From: Escherichia phage ECD7 | Sequence record: NC_041936.1 | Reading direction: 5' to 3' (one strand) | Length of the DNA: 64,000 bases | Part shown: piece after piece, positions 29,419 to 39,524 of the stretch | How positions within the stretch are numbered: position 1 is the first letter of the stretch | How the letters are laid out: each line of letters opens with the position of its first letter | Program-made: the position numbers and the translations under genes | The notes under the pieces: generated by a model | Databases searched by the model: none | The model's input: the letters and a program-made list of their open reading frames with translations, nothing else | Told to the model about the DNA's origin: nothing

Positions 29419-30888
29419 CTATTCCCCATTGCCATTATACTTTCTTTGCTTAGTTATCCACACTCTAACCATCTCTACAGATTCGCCGTCAGACGGATCA
29501 AGAGTTTTTCCTTTTTTCTTCATGCGGTACTTAAATCCGTTAAATCTTGCATTCTCTTGCTCGTTAAAGTCGAACATCTTTTTAAATGATTTTCGCCCTT
29601 TACGCTCACCACATTCTAGCGGAATCATTCGGTCTGTTATTACATTGGCATTAGGTAGAAACGTTTTTAGATAATCAACCAACGCCCAATCAGGAACATA
29701 TAGATTAACATTCTCCTTGCTCTCGTTGTCTCTCAGGTTACAACGCAAACATAATTGAAATGCTGGTTCCAGATAATCAGACACATGACGCGCTTTCAAA
29801 AACTCGTTTGTCGGGAGATCACAACTATTAGCAAGACCTTTTAAAATATCAATCTCCCATCGTTGAGGGTTAAAGCTGAACATCACAGCAACATTTTTAT
29901 GATGAATGTAAGAGTTAAGACCATAAGATCCGTAAGGTATCCGCTCACCAATACCATTTGTGCACGATTCACGGTCCCGATTCACGGTATAAATGAAGTC
30001 ATCACCACATTCATTTTTAACCATATCAACAAGACGTTCAAAGGTATTGTTTGTTTCTGACTGGTGACGCGACCATCGTTCGGAGTCCGTCATAAGGATG
30101 ATGTTAACTCTATCTGTATTTTTATACTCTTTGAAATATAGTCTGGATTCTAGCGCACTCGGAACAAAATCGCAATTTGCATAGTATCGTAGATACTTCC
30201 CGCTATATGTATCAAAGAGATTTGCACATGCTATCGTAACCTTTTTAAAGTCTCCCCACGTACCGTGTTTGTTATCGTTCAAGAAAACAATTTTCGACCC
30301 ATTCTTCCGGTGTCCTTCGTTATGTTTTACCATAACGTTGATTTTCTTCTCTAATAACGCCTCATAAAGCCCTCTAAGAGAAGAATCGATCATATCAGTA
30401 CCATCCTTTGCACTTTCTATCTTTTCTTTGATAGCGGCCTTCTCAGAGTCTTTTAGAACTAAGTTCTGTAGGCATTCCGATTCGTCGGCGATTGGTTCGC
30501 AATGCTTCGTGATAAGTTCAAGATTAGACTTAAACGGATACTCATTAAATTCAACCAGTTGAGGAACTTCATCAATGTAAAGAGCATAATCACCAAACAT
30601 TTTTGAACGTTCCATATTAGATAACGCTGTATGTGTAATGAATATCACATCAGCACCATCTTTAACTGATTGCATTATCGACGCTTGCACTGTCTTAAGG
30701 CTTCTTAGTCTTGTGCTATCAATCAAGACAGCACGACCGCCCATTCTTTTAAACTTATTGTAAGATTGTTCACTTAAAACACGAGATGGCGAAGCAATAA
30801 CCGCTTTTTCTTTTGTCTCTAGGACGTGGGAAAGTATAGCATCAGTTTTCCCCGCCGCTGGCAATGCGATTAATGTTTCAATCTTCAT
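29419..30888 (-). CDS. P-loop NTPase with SF2 helicase-like N-terminal domain, unknown function
   Basis: 489 aa; Walker A LPAAGKT, motif Ia-like SPSRVLSEQ, Walker B YIDEV; no recognisable helicase domain 2. Confidence 0.55.
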   Translation of the reverse strand: MKIETLIALPAAGKTDAILSHVLETKEKAVIASPSRVLSEQSYNKFKRMGGRAVLIDSTRLRSLKTVQASIMQSVKDGADVIFITHTALSNMERSKMFGDYALYIDEVPQLVEFNEYPFKSNLELITKHCEPIADESECLQNLVLKDSEKAAIKEKIESAKDGTDMIDSSLRGLYEALLEKKINVMVKHNEGHRKNGSKIVFLNDNKHGTWGDFKKVTIACANLFDTYSGKYLRYYANCDFVPSALESRLYFKEYKNTDRVNIILMTDSERWSRHQSETNNTFERLVDMVKNECGDDFIYTVNRDRESCTNGIGERIPYGSYGLNSYIHHKNVAVMFSFNPQRWEIDILKGLANSCDLPTNEFLKARHVSDYLEPAFQLCLRCNLRDNESKENVNLYVPDWALVDYLKTFLPNANVITDRMIPLECGERKGRKSFKKMFDFNEQENARFNGFKYRMKKKGKTLDPSDGESVEMVRVWITKQRKYNGNGE

Positions 30889-31193
30889 TAGAAACCCTTA
30901 CGTCGTGCTTTCTGGCATTTCTTGATCATTTTATCAGAAATTTCGCGCTTAGGTGCAATCTCTTTCACACCGAAAGCACTAATGCCAAATTCAGAGAGAA
31001 TATATTCAACCAACAATTCACGCACACGCGCTTTACCGATATTCACGCCGTTATTTTTCAGATATGTCTGGCCTTCGACTTGCATCAGATCTAAATCTGC
31101 GTCGGTAATATTGATTTCTTCCATGCGCCCAAATCGAGAATAAACCATGTGTGCGATTGCATTGTGTACTAACATAATATATTCCTCACTCAA
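30888..31193 (-). CDS. hypothetical protein, translationally coupled to the P-loop NTPase
   Basis: 101 aa; stop overlaps the downstream ATG; basic C-terminus. Confidence 0.45.
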   Translation of the reverse strand: MSEEYIMLVHNAIAHMVYSRFGRMEEINITDADLDLMQVEGQTYLKNNGVNIGKARVRELLVEYILSEFGISAFGVKEIAPKREISDKMIKKCQKARRKGF

Positions 31194-31200
31194 GAATTAC

Positions 31201-31359
31201 TTAATGATACTTACTTTACCAGATCCATGACAATGAGCGCAACACCCATCACCACGCAATCCTGTTCCGTTACAGTGTTTACACTTCTTCAACGGTAAAG
31301 CCATTATAGCAAATAAAGCAATAATGAACACCGAAACTAAATTCTCAATAATCATAAAT
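31201..31359 (-). CDS. small membrane-anchored Cys-rich peptide (52 aa)
   Basis: MIIENLVSVFIIALF...CKHCNGTG...CCAHCHGSG; below the ORF-track length cutoff, hand-translated. Confidence 0.3.
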
Positions 31360-31614
31360 CGCCCTCAGTTCTTTATAGCCTCCAATGTGCTCGTTGTCAA
31401 TGAATATCTGGGGGTATACAAACCGGAGGCTCTTTGAGTTTAGCCTCCCCGCCAGTTCTTCAATCATATCACGGTCGGGAATAATGTCAACCCCGACCTG
31501 CTTGAATACTGGTTTAAGTGTATACGGAATACCCAGATCATCCAGTAGCTTCATTGCACTAATACAACCATAACAATGATAAGCCTCTTTCGGTATACCG
31601 TATATCTCGATCAT
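31345..31614 (-). CDS. nrdH: glutaredoxin-like protein NrdH
   Basis: 89 aa; CYGC redox motif; position near nrdG/nrdD. Confidence 0.7.
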   Translation of the reverse strand: MIEIYGIPKEAYHCYGCISAMKLLDDLGIPYTLKPVFKQVGVDIIPDRDMIEELAGRLNSKSLRFVYPQIFIDNEHIGGYKELRAIYDY

Positions 31615-32093
31615 TTCTCAGCCTTTAATCTTTCTAGTTCTTCTTCCAGTTCCTTAATGCGCTTCTCGCGTTCAATATCACGTTGGATCTTAGTGGCGAA
31701 TACTCGTTTAAACTGATTATAGTCATCAATTTTAAATACTTCCTCTTCACCGTATCGACGTACAGAAACTTCGTAGTTGTTGAAAAATTGTTCCAACATT
31801 GCATCAGTGGTCAGTTCTGCCGATACCACTTTAAAATGACGTTCTTCTGATTGCAAAAACCAGTTGTGCGCGTATTCCCGTACATCATCAACATTGCGGC
31901 AGGTGTATACCGTGCCATCAATTTCAATCGCAGAAACATAATCAACATCCGATGCATGGTGATCAAATGCGATAACTTTAAATGGACGGTCGCCTATAAA
32001 CTCTGCTATTGCATCATTTGCAACGCTAAAGTTTGCAAAATCTTCTCTCGTTTTCTTATCTTTCCACTGATAGGTCACGCCAGCAACAAACAT
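31611..32093 (-). CDS. paralog-family protein (one copy of ~90-aa repeated domain)
   Basis: ATG 32091-32093; GVTYQWKD...IEIDG...ERHFKVV domain pattern. Confidence 0.55.
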   Translation of the reverse strand: MFVAGVTYQWKDKKTREDFANFSVANDAIAEFIGDRPFKVIAFDHHASDVDYVSAIEIDGTVYTCRNVDDVREYAHNWFLQSEERHFKVVSAELTTDAMLEQFFNNYEVSVRRYGEEEVFKIDDYNQFKRVFATKIQRDIEREKRIKELEEELERLKAEK

Positions 32094-32094
32094 A

Positions 32095-32919
32095 TTACCA
32101 TCCTCGCTCTTTACCAATCAAAAATTCAACTTCACGACGTTTAATGTCTTCTTGAAGGTCTTTAATCTTCTGTCGATCTTGCATGATTTCATCCATCTTG
32201 TCAAGTGCCGCAATGAAATCATCGAAACGTTCAAAGGTTTTACCTTCATTTGCTTCGCCAAATTTAACCATTGTCAGGCCGTAACGACTACTAAACAGAC
32301 GTTTCAACTGTCCAACGATCTTAGAATCAGTGGTTATAACTTCCAATTCTTCTACTTCACGAAAGAATTTTCTATCAGAATCAATAAACCAGCTAGTTCC
32401 TTTATGGTCTCTATCTTCGGTTGCGCTCATTAGAGTATGGTCTTTACCATCAATTTCAATTACATCAATTTGCCCACATGGACTAACATTTTTAACAGTA
32501 AAAGGTCTATAATTTATTGCTCGTGCAATAACATAATTAAGGTTAGATACGTTTTCAGCATAATGGCAGAAGTCGGTCATAGCATTCGCATCTTTCCAAG
32601 TATAAGTTTTACCAACTTCCCATTTCTGGGGAACTTCTTCAACTTCACGAAAGAATTTTCTATCGAATGGACTAAAGAAATATGTTGCCGTCCAAATGTC
32701 TTTTCCTGTAGCAGTTTTCGCCGTATGATAAACACCGTCTAGCTCTATTGCATCAATCCAACCGTTACCCTCGATCTCGATGATGGTAAATGGCTTGTCA
32801 CCAATAGCTGCACTGATATCGCTGTTAAGTGGAGAAAGAACACCTTCTCCGTTAGTAATAAACTCAGTTTTAGCGTTTTCGTCTTTCCAGGTGTAAGTTT
32901 TACCAATTTCCCATTTCAT
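32095..32919 (-). CDS. paralog-family protein (two tandem copies of the domain)
   Basis: WEIGKTYTWKD...IELDGVYHT...DRKFFREVEE repeated twice within 274 aa. Confidence 0.6.
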   Translation of the reverse strand: MKWEIGKTYTWKDENAKTEFITNGEGVLSPLNSDISAAIGDKPFTIIEIEGNGWIDAIELDGVYHTAKTATGKDIWTATYFFSPFDRKFFREVEEVPQKWEVGKTYTWKDANAMTDFCHYAENVSNLNYVIARAINYRPFTVKNVSPCGQIDVIEIDGKDHTLMSATEDRDHKGTSWFIDSDRKFFREVEELEVITTDSKIVGQLKRLFSSRYGLTMVKFGEANEGKTFERFDDFIAALDKMDEIMQDRQKIKDLQEDIKRREVEFLIGKERGW

Positions 32920-32931
32920 AATATATTCCCC

Positions 32932-33417
32932 TTAACCGATTTTATCAAGTTCGTTTAATGCTTTCTCTGCTTCCTGTATAGCTTGCACCCTTTCCGGCAT
33001 TTTGTCAAGAAAATCTTTCAACTCTTCAAAACTGGAGATATGACGCAAGGCGTTAGCACCGATAGCCGCATGTGATTTACATTCAAAGCGGATTTTATAA
33101 TTATCCATCGCCAACTTGAGAAGATCTATTAGATCATATTCATGACCAGGCAATAAAACTTCTTTGAAGCACGCTCGGTCGCCATCGGAAAACCATATAT
33201 TATCACCAACATCGATAGAACTAATATAATCCCCTTCGTGATTATAGATTGAACGTACATTACCCCAACGGTCTACAGTAGCGACAGTAAATGGTTTATC
33301 TAGATATGTAAACACACCATCAATATTAGGTTTTTGTTTGTAACGCCAACAATCACGCAAAATGCGCTTTTCGTCCTCACCAACCAACTTATATGTCTTC
33401 CCTTCTTCCCATTTCAT
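32932..33417 (-). CDS. paralog-family protein
   Basis: MKWEEGKTYK...; probable ATG at 33415-33417. Confidence 0.55.
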   Translation of the reverse strand: MKWEEGKTYKLVGEDEKRILRDCWRYKQKPNIDGVFTYLDKPFTVATVDRWGNVRSIYNHEGDYISSIDVGDNIWFSDGDRACFKEVLLPGHEYDLIDLLKLAMDNYKIRFECKSHAAIGANALRHISSFEELKDFLDKMPERVQAIQEAEKALNELDKIG

Positions 33418-33456
33418 AATATCATCTCTCATTTTTGATACGTGATTCTAATTGGA

Positions 33457-33948
33457 TCATACGGTCGCGCGTTTGCTTGTATTCGCGGATAGCACCGATT
33501 CGGCTAGGCATACCATCCAGTACGCTCTTAATCCTTCTAGGGTAGTGATTTTAGCAATGCTATTATGTAACCCCATCTTATCGGTCAACTGAATGTCGTA
33601 GGCTTCCATAAGCAGACCCAGACGTTCTAAAGTTAGGTCTTCTTCTTTTTCTTCCGATTCTGGAATCTTAGGTTCAATAGTAACTTCGGTAAAGAAACGA
33701 CGCTCACCCGACCAAAACCACACGCCGGAACAACCAATAGGGGATTCTTTTAACGTCATAGAGTCGTAACCACTGCCGATAATAGTAATTTCTCTAACAT
33801 CACCATCATCGTCAAGGTCTTCTACCCTAAACGGGCGACCAGCCAACAAGTCAACAATACATCTGTTAATAGACGACGAAAATTTAGTCAGTTCGGCTTT
33901 CGACGCTTCGCATTCAATCTTGTAAGTTTTACCAACTTCCCATTCCAT
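33457..33948 (-). CDS. paralog-family protein
   Basis: MEWEVGKTYK... with GAGGTG SD; ATG 33946-33948. Confidence 0.55.
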   Translation of the reverse strand: MEWEVGKTYKIECEASKAELTKFSSSINRCIVDLLAGRPFRVEDLDDDGDVREITIIGSGYDSMTLKESPIGCSGVWFWSGERRFFTEVTIEPKIPESEEKEEDLTLERLGLLMEAYDIQLTDKMGLHNSIAKITTLEGLRAYWMVCLAESVLSANTSKRATV

Positions 33949-33958
33949 AATAATCACC

Positions 33959-34462
33959 TCAAATAATTTTCACTGGAATACTATTAACAATCTTGTATTG
34001 TACTTGATTGTCAGACCCCCGCCACGGCTTCTTCGTTGGCATATCTTTAATATAACGCCCATCGATGAACATGTCAACTGATTCTACAATTTTTCTTTGC
34101 TCATCATTCAATTGGTCAAGGGTATAACCGGACCATAGCCAAATATCTTTATTTGGCATCCATGATTTTACTTCATCGATGATCCGCTGTACACCCTTTA
34201 AATTGCGTTTATACAGTGGATCGCCACCTAAGAATGTTAGCCCCTGAATAAAATCAGGTCTAAGCAGATCCAGAATCAATCCCATTGTATCATCGGTGAA
34301 TGGTTCCCCGTTCTTAGGATTGAGTAGGCTAGCATTAAAGCAACCATCACATGCGTGTGAACATCCGGTAACGTAAAGGGAGACTCTCACTCCCTCACCG
34401 TTAACCATATCACAATCTTTAATATCGGCATAGCGTAGTTTGCCGTATGTATCAGAACTCAT
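33959..34462 (-). CDS. nrdG: anaerobic ribonucleotide reductase activating protein NrdG (radical SAM)
   Basis: CSHACDGC (CxxxCxxC) cluster; ATG at 34460-34462. Confidence 0.85.
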   Translation of the reverse strand: MSSDTYGKLRYADIKDCDMVNGEGVRVSLYVTGCSHACDGCFNASLLNPKNGEPFTDDTMGLILDLLRPDFIQGLTFLGGDPLYKRNLKGVQRIIDEVKSWMPNKDIWLWSGYTLDQLNDEQRKIVESVDMFIDGRYIKDMPTKKPWRGSDNQVQYKIVNSIPVKII

Positions 34463-34604
34463 ATTCAATTACCCCGAACTCGTTTACAATCTGCGCTTTA
34501 TAGTAACCACCGCGAGATGCTAATAGATAAGCTGGGCTTAGGTATTCGTATTCACGGATTTCTACTTGTGCGTTTTCAGTTTCCCAAATCAGTAAAGTCC
34601 ACAT
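34452..34604 (-). CDS. hypothetical small protein
   Basis: Internal ATG (MWTLLIWE...) after AGGAGA; track ORF 34452..34679 runs through the promoter. Confidence 0.3.
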   Translation of the reverse strand: MWTLLIWETENAQVEIREYEYLSPAYLLASRGGYYKAQIVNEFGVIEYEF

Positions 34605-34639
34605 ATTTGATTCTCCTGTAAAGTTGTATCTCGTCTTGA

Positions 34640-34676
34640 TGAATATAGTATAGGGGATCTCGCGATCCCCGTCAAG
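34640..34676 (-). promoter_or_regulatory. sigma70-type early promoter with 18-nt palindrome in spacer
   Basis: Minus: TTGACG-GGGATCGCGAGATCCCC-TATACT. Confidence 0.55.
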
Positions 34677-34679
34677 CAT

Positions 34680-35228
34680 TTATTTTAAATTTTTTCGAAT
34701 GTATTCAGACCATTCCTTCCCTGTCATTTCGGACCCGTTCTGGAAACTGAAATATTCATACGGCATCGAGTCAAGATAAAACAGGATCATACATCGCGCC
34801 ATATAATACCAATCACGATTAAAGTAAACTACGTTATCACCAGTACCATCAACCCCTTTATCATAACCATCGCGGGTACGGGCGACCCATTGAATAGTAT
34901 CATTTTTCTCGCGGATCGTAACAGGTTCCCAATATCCAGCACATCCAGCATGACCACACAAACAAGTCAGGAAATATTGACCTTTTGCTTTGTTGTCATC
35001 CCATTCACGATGGATTGGTTCGATCTCGTGAAACAGTGCTAAGCAATCATGATTATGCAACACTGGCTTACCATCAATCAATGCATGGAATGTATACAAA
35101 CGACCAGTAGACAAATAGCTATCCTCACGCTCAACCAGTTCAATAGCAATCTTTTTAGCTCGTTCTTTGTGTCGTTGTGCTTTACGCTTACGGTTTAATG
35201 ATTTCATATTCACCTCACACATTATCAA
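34680..35228 (-). CDS. hypothetical protein
   Basis: 182-aa ORF between nrdD and nrdG. Confidence 0.45.
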   Translation of the reverse strand: MIMCEVNMKSLNRKRKAQRHKERAKKIAIELVEREDSYLSTGRLYTFHALIDGKPVLHNHDCLALFHEIEPIHREWDDNKAKGQYFLTCLCGHAGCAGYWEPVTIREKNDTIQWVARTRDGYDKGVDGTGDNVVYFNRDWYYMARCMILFYLDSMPYEYFSFQNGSEMTGKEWSEYIRKNLK

Positions 35229-35770
35229 AGGTCGCGATATAGTACATTATGAAAATGAGAACTTGCATTACCAATATTGTAGATAATAAATTCTTCATCC
35301 GGCGCTTGCGCTACAAATTGAGTATGAGCAACCGCCACAACCTTAAAAATACGATCCGTGATCTTGTGTTTAATTTCGGCTCCTACTTCCATAGGAACAT
35401 ATTCATGTGTTTCTGTTTCAGTCGCAAAACAGCCATCTTCTTCATAAGCACGAACAAATCGATCGCAATCAGTACGCTTAACAAATTCAAGAGTATACAA
35501 TTCTCGTGAATTGTCGGTATAGACTAATACAGAATTATTCTGATAGCGAATCACATACAGGTTATTATCATCGTCAATTACGCAAAAGCTACGGATTTGT
35601 GTTCCTTCGCCTTTACTCCAGCAGATATTAACCACAGTTCCTCTAATAAAAAAACTTTCCTTTAAATTAAAACTAGCCAATGTGCTAGCGTGCATTTTAA
35701 CAACAACACCATCGCCAATTTCCAGTTTACGAAGTTTAACTTCTTTGCTCAGTACACAAAACATCATCAT
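35225..35770 (-). CDS. hypothetical protein
   Basis: 181-aa ORF. Confidence 0.45.
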   Translation of the reverse strand: MMMFCVLSKEVKLRKLEIGDGVVVKMHASTLASFNLKESFFIRGTVVNICWSKGEGTQIRSFCVIDDDNNLYVIRYQNNSVLVYTDNSRELYTLEFVKRTDCDRFVRAYEEDGCFATETETHEYVPMEVGAEIKHKITDRIFKVVAVAHTQFVAQAPDEEFIIYNIGNASSHFHNVLYRDL

Positions 35771-35789
35771 GTTGTCCTCTCGTTGTTTT

Positions 35790-35828
35790 CGATGTGAGCA
35801 TTATACATTAGCTAATCATGTTGTCAAC
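35790..35828 (-). promoter_or_regulatory. sigma70-type early promoter
   Basis: Minus: TTGACA-16nt-TATAAT directly after the nrdD terminator. Confidence 0.55.
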
Positions 35829-35835
35829 ACCCCAA

Positions 35836-35864
35836 AACGAAAAAGCCGACCCTTTCGGATCGGC
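35836..35864 (-). terminator. intrinsic terminator after nrdD
   Basis: Minus: GCCGAUCC-gaaag-GGUCGGC then UUUUUCGUUUU. Confidence 0.65.
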
Positions 35865-35870
35865 TGAAAT

Positions 35871-37733
35871 TTACATGTGCTTAACGCGGTTTACCATCTC
35901 GGAGTGTTTCCCGTGATTAAATGGACGCAGATCAACAGATCCAAGATATCCACTAACGCGACGGATAACATTCATCTTTTCCAGATTGTCATTGCCGCAA
36001 TCAGGACAAACAAAACCAGACTCGGTCGCTCTCATTTCCTTATTAGATCCGCATACATGACATACATCAGAAGGAGTATTAACACCGAAGTAGTGCAATT
36101 TATCCATTGCATAGTCTACTACAGTTTCAAGACCTTTCAGGTTGTTTTTCATGTCTGGGAACTCAACATAAGAGATCATGCCACCGGACGCCAGCCAGTG
36201 ATAATCTTTCTCAAAGTCGATTTTCTCAAATGGTGTGACTTTCCGGTCTACGTCAAGGTGGAATGAGTTGGTGTACCAGTCTTTATCGGTAGCACCCTTA
36301 ACAATACCAAATTGCTCTCTGTCCAGTCGATTAAATCGATAGCAAAGGCTCTCGGCTGGCGTACCGTAAAGACTAAACCCAAGTCCGGTTTCATCCTTCC
36401 ATTTTTCAGTATAATGACGCAAGATCTTAAGAATATGTTTACCGTATCGCTGCGCATCTTCCGAATCAAACGGATGAACACCAAACAGGACGCTCAATAC
36501 CTCATGTAAACCAATATATCCAAGAGAGATACTAGCGCGACCATCTTTCAGAACTTCCAAAATTTCATCGTTTTGATGAATACGGAAAAATGCACCTTCG
36601 GTATACAGCACCGGAGCAACATTGGCTTTAGCACCTTTTAAAGCGTCTACGCGACTCATGAGAGCATCAAAGCAAATAGGCAGACGATTAGCTAGCTCTT
36701 GTTCGAATAGCTCAATTCTGCGCATTACAGACGCTTTACCAGCACGACGCGCGGCAATAAGAGCAATACGCGGAAGATTCAGAGTCACAACACCCAAGTT
36801 ATTGCGTCCGTCTAATACTTCCTCGCCTTTCTCATTATGCCACACACCCAGGAAGCTACGACAACCCATCGGGCTAACCGGAACACTAGATCCAGTGATA
36901 CTACGGTTATTCTTCGCAGAGATATAATCAGGGTAAAGACGCTTACTAGAACATTCCAATGCAAGTTGCTTAATGTCGTAGTTCGGATCTTCCGGTTTAA
37001 GGTTTAATCCTTCTTCTAAGAACATCACCAGCTTAGGAAACACCGGAGTGATACCATCTTTACCTAAACCTTTAGTTCGAACGTTCAGGATCGCTTTCTG
37101 AATCAGTTTTTCTTCCCAGCTAGTACCCATACCAAAGGTTAAAGTCACAAAAGGCGTTTGACCGTTGGTGGAGAACAAAGTGTTGATTTCATATTCCAAC
37201 GCTTGATACCCGTCTAAAGTTTCTTTTTCTGTCTTCTCTTGTGCATAGAGAGTATCAGCTTTGATTCCGTAGGTTTCGGCATCAGCAAGGTGTTTATGAT
37301 ATGTTTTCTCAACATACGGTGCTAACACCTGATCGATGTTTGCGATTGTGGTCCCGCCATATTGATGACTTGCCACCTGTGCGATAATTTGAGCGGTTAC
37401 AGCACAAGCAACGCCGATCGATTTCGGACTTTCGATTTGTGCGCTACCCAATTTAAAACCATTCTCTAACATGTCTTTGAGATTAACAAGACAGCAGTTA
37501 GTAAACGGCATAGCGGGTGCATAATCCATATCATGATAATGAATATCACCGTCTACATGCGCTTTATAGATGTGCTCAGGTAACACGGTTTTAGCAATCT
37601 GTTTAGACACAGCACCAGCAATCAGATCTCGACGTGTCGGGAATGTTCGCGCGTCTTTGTTCGCGTTCTCTTTGCTTACTTCGTTTTCTTTACCCGTTGC
37701 GATCTCTGTAATGTCTTTGATTAGTTTTTCCAT
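35871..37733 (-). CDS. nrdD: anaerobic ribonucleoside-triphosphate reductase NrdD (glycyl radical enzyme), uninterrupted
   Basis: 620 aa; C-terminal Cys cluster CHVCG...CPDCG and glycyl-radical region; no intron. Confidence 0.93.
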   Translation of the reverse strand: MEKLIKDITEIATGKENEVSKENANKDARTFPTRRDLIAGAVSKQIAKTVLPEHIYKAHVDGDIHYHDMDYAPAMPFTNCCLVNLKDMLENGFKLGSAQIESPKSIGVACAVTAQIIAQVASHQYGGTTIANIDQVLAPYVEKTYHKHLADAETYGIKADTLYAQEKTEKETLDGYQALEYEINTLFSTNGQTPFVTLTFGMGTSWEEKLIQKAILNVRTKGLGKDGITPVFPKLVMFLEEGLNLKPEDPNYDIKQLALECSSKRLYPDYISAKNNRSITGSSVPVSPMGCRSFLGVWHNEKGEEVLDGRNNLGVVTLNLPRIALIAARRAGKASVMRRIELFEQELANRLPICFDALMSRVDALKGAKANVAPVLYTEGAFFRIHQNDEILEVLKDGRASISLGYIGLHEVLSVLFGVHPFDSEDAQRYGKHILKILRHYTEKWKDETGLGFSLYGTPAESLCYRFNRLDREQFGIVKGATDKDWYTNSFHLDVDRKVTPFEKIDFEKDYHWLASGGMISYVEFPDMKNNLKGLETVVDYAMDKLHYFGVNTPSDVCHVCGSNKEMRATESGFVCPDCGNDNLEKMNVIRRVSGYLGSVDLRPFNHGKHSEMVNRVKHM

Positions 37734-37777
37734 TGTATCACCTATGAAAAAGCGGGATTTCTCCCGCTCGTTGATAG

Positions 37778-38272
37778 TTATTTTACCAGTTCTGCTAATT
37801 CTTTTTCCGCCGCTTCCAGTTCAGCTTTCAGTTGTTTGATCTCTTGTCGCTTCTTATTAGCGGCTTCCTGCTTACTATTTCGGATAACCTGATCTAGATA
37901 CAACTCCCAATCCTGAATATTTTTGATAATGTAACCGTCAACATTAATTGGTCGGAGATTCAGTACAGCTTCCAGTTTAGTTGGAAAAACTTTAATTGCT
38001 GGGGTGAAGTATTCATATTCGTTATCTTCAAACCAATAACCTAGACTTGCATTATCAATACGAAGACGAAGTTCAAGATCAAGGTCTTTATCTTCGGTGT
38101 ATAGGTCTTTTACACACCCCATAGAATTAACAACAACTTTAAAACGAATTTTATCTACACCACCAAACACATCAGTAAGGATACCAGCAATTGAGCTATT
38201 AGCGCAAGATTGGTCGCTGAATGCGTCAAGGTTTTCTTTAGTTACAGTATACCAAACATCTTGTACCCACAT
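37778..38272 (-). CDS. hypothetical protein
   Basis: 164-aa ORF with C-terminal coiled coil. Confidence 0.45.
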   Translation of the reverse strand: MWVQDVWYTVTKENLDAFSDQSCANSSIAGILTDVFGGVDKIRFKVVVNSMGCVKDLYTEDKDLDLELRLRIDNASLGYWFEDNEYEYFTPAIKVFPTKLEAVLNLRPINVDGYIIKNIQDWELYLDQVIRNSKQEAANKKRQEIKQLKAELEAAEKELAELVK

Positions 38273-38294
38273 AATATAATCCTCTCGTTGTTAA

Positions 38295-38331
38295 GTGGGA
38301 GTATTATAGCATACTCCCTTTGCACGTCAAG
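38295..38331 (-). promoter_or_regulatory. sigma70-type early promoter with GGGAGTAT/ATACTCCC stem-loop over the -10
   Basis: Minus: TTGACG-about 16nt-TATAAT; -35 overlaps the stop of 38327..39505. Confidence 0.5.
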
Positions 38332-39505
38332 CACTAACTTTTTTCTTTACTGCTTTCACCTTCTGGCGAATTGCTCGAATCTCTTCGATCTCTTTTTCAG
38401 TATCTTTAACAATTTCTTTGCGATTCTGAATATCTTTATCGAGATTATCATCAAGTTTAGGCAGCATGTCAATCAAGAACTTTTTAAGGTCTTTCAGGTT
38501 TCGGATAACAGCACCTTCACCCATTACCGCCACACCAACACCATCCGGCAGATCACCAAACAGCTTAACCAGTTCAGACAGATGATCATGATCTTCTAGT
38601 GCTTCTTCCGGTTCAGATGGCAGTTCAACAAAGTTATAACGTTCATCATTGCTGATCAAGTGATACCACCAAACCCCGAAAGATTTCGGTGTATATTCTA
38701 CACCATCAATTTCAACCGCGTCAACACTTCCATAATCATCTACTTTAGTTACCTTAAATCCTTGTCCCAGCTTTTGAACAATTTCAACAACATTACTTGA
38801 TACAGTTTCAGCGGTAAACCAATATGGCAAATTATGCTGATTTGGCTTGTAGCGTTCACCTACTTTAAATCTCTGACCAGCCGCTTGCATAGAATGAAAT
38901 TGTTGTTTCGTGATTTCCGCGAAGTATTCAAATTCGCCATCATCAAACACACAAGCCCATTGATCACAAAAACGATCTGCCTTAACAGTTTCACCTTTCG
39001 CGGTGATCATGGTAGCTGATCCGTGCAATTCTTCTTCAACTAAAAAGCCATATTCGGCAAAATCAACAAGTTTCATGGCTTCTTTATGCTCTGGGTCATG
39101 CTCTCCCCAGAATCGCTTAAATTCTTGCAAACCTTCTGGGGTAAACGAATAACATTTACCTTTTTCAAAGTAAGTCGGCATTGCATCCTCTTTCTTGTTC
39201 ATCGCTTCGTATGCCTCTTTTGAGATGCGTTTAAAGTATTTACGCTCATTGTGCATAATCATAGTAGCCCAATAATCAACAATATCATTAGCGGAATAAA
39301 CTACATCTCCAGCTTCAATAGTAATAACATGACCGTGGTCATCTTTTTCTAATACTTTAAAGCCCTTTTCGACGATTTCAGCAACCCGAATATGACCACG
39401 GCGCGAAGCATCGGTCAGAATAATTGAATAGCGAGAAAAGTCTAGAAACTCATCTTTACCGCCTTCACGGAATGCATAGTAATGACCTTCAAAGAATTTA
39501 GCCAT
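38327..39505 (-). CDS. paralog-family protein (three tandem copies of the ~90-aa domain)
   Basis: FEGHYYAFREG...GFKVLEKD...ERKYFKRI, then two further repeats. Confidence 0.6.
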   Translation of the reverse strand: MAKFFEGHYYAFREGGKDEFLDFSRYSIILTDASRRGHIRVAEIVEKGFKVLEKDDHGHVITIEAGDVVYSANDIVDYWATMIMHNERKYFKRISKEAYEAMNKKEDAMPTYFEKGKCYSFTPEGLQEFKRFWGEHDPEHKEAMKLVDFAEYGFLVEEELHGSATMITAKGETVKADRFCDQWACVFDDGEFEYFAEITKQQFHSMQAAGQRFKVGERYKPNQHNLPYWFTAETVSSNVVEIVQKLGQGFKVTKVDDYGSVDAVEIDGVEYTPKSFGVWWYHLISNDERYNFVELPSEPEEALEDHDHLSELVKLFGDLPDGVGVAVMGEGAVIRNLKDLKKFLIDMLPKLDDNLDKDIQNRKEIVKDTEKEIEEIRAIRQKVKAVKKKVSA

Positions 39506-39524
39506 AATATAATCCTCTCGTTGT

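Noticed and set aside
35871-37733. Second group I intron in nrdD (as in T4)
   Set aside because: The NrdD reading frame is continuous for 620 codons with conserved N- and C-terminal regions; no interruption seen.
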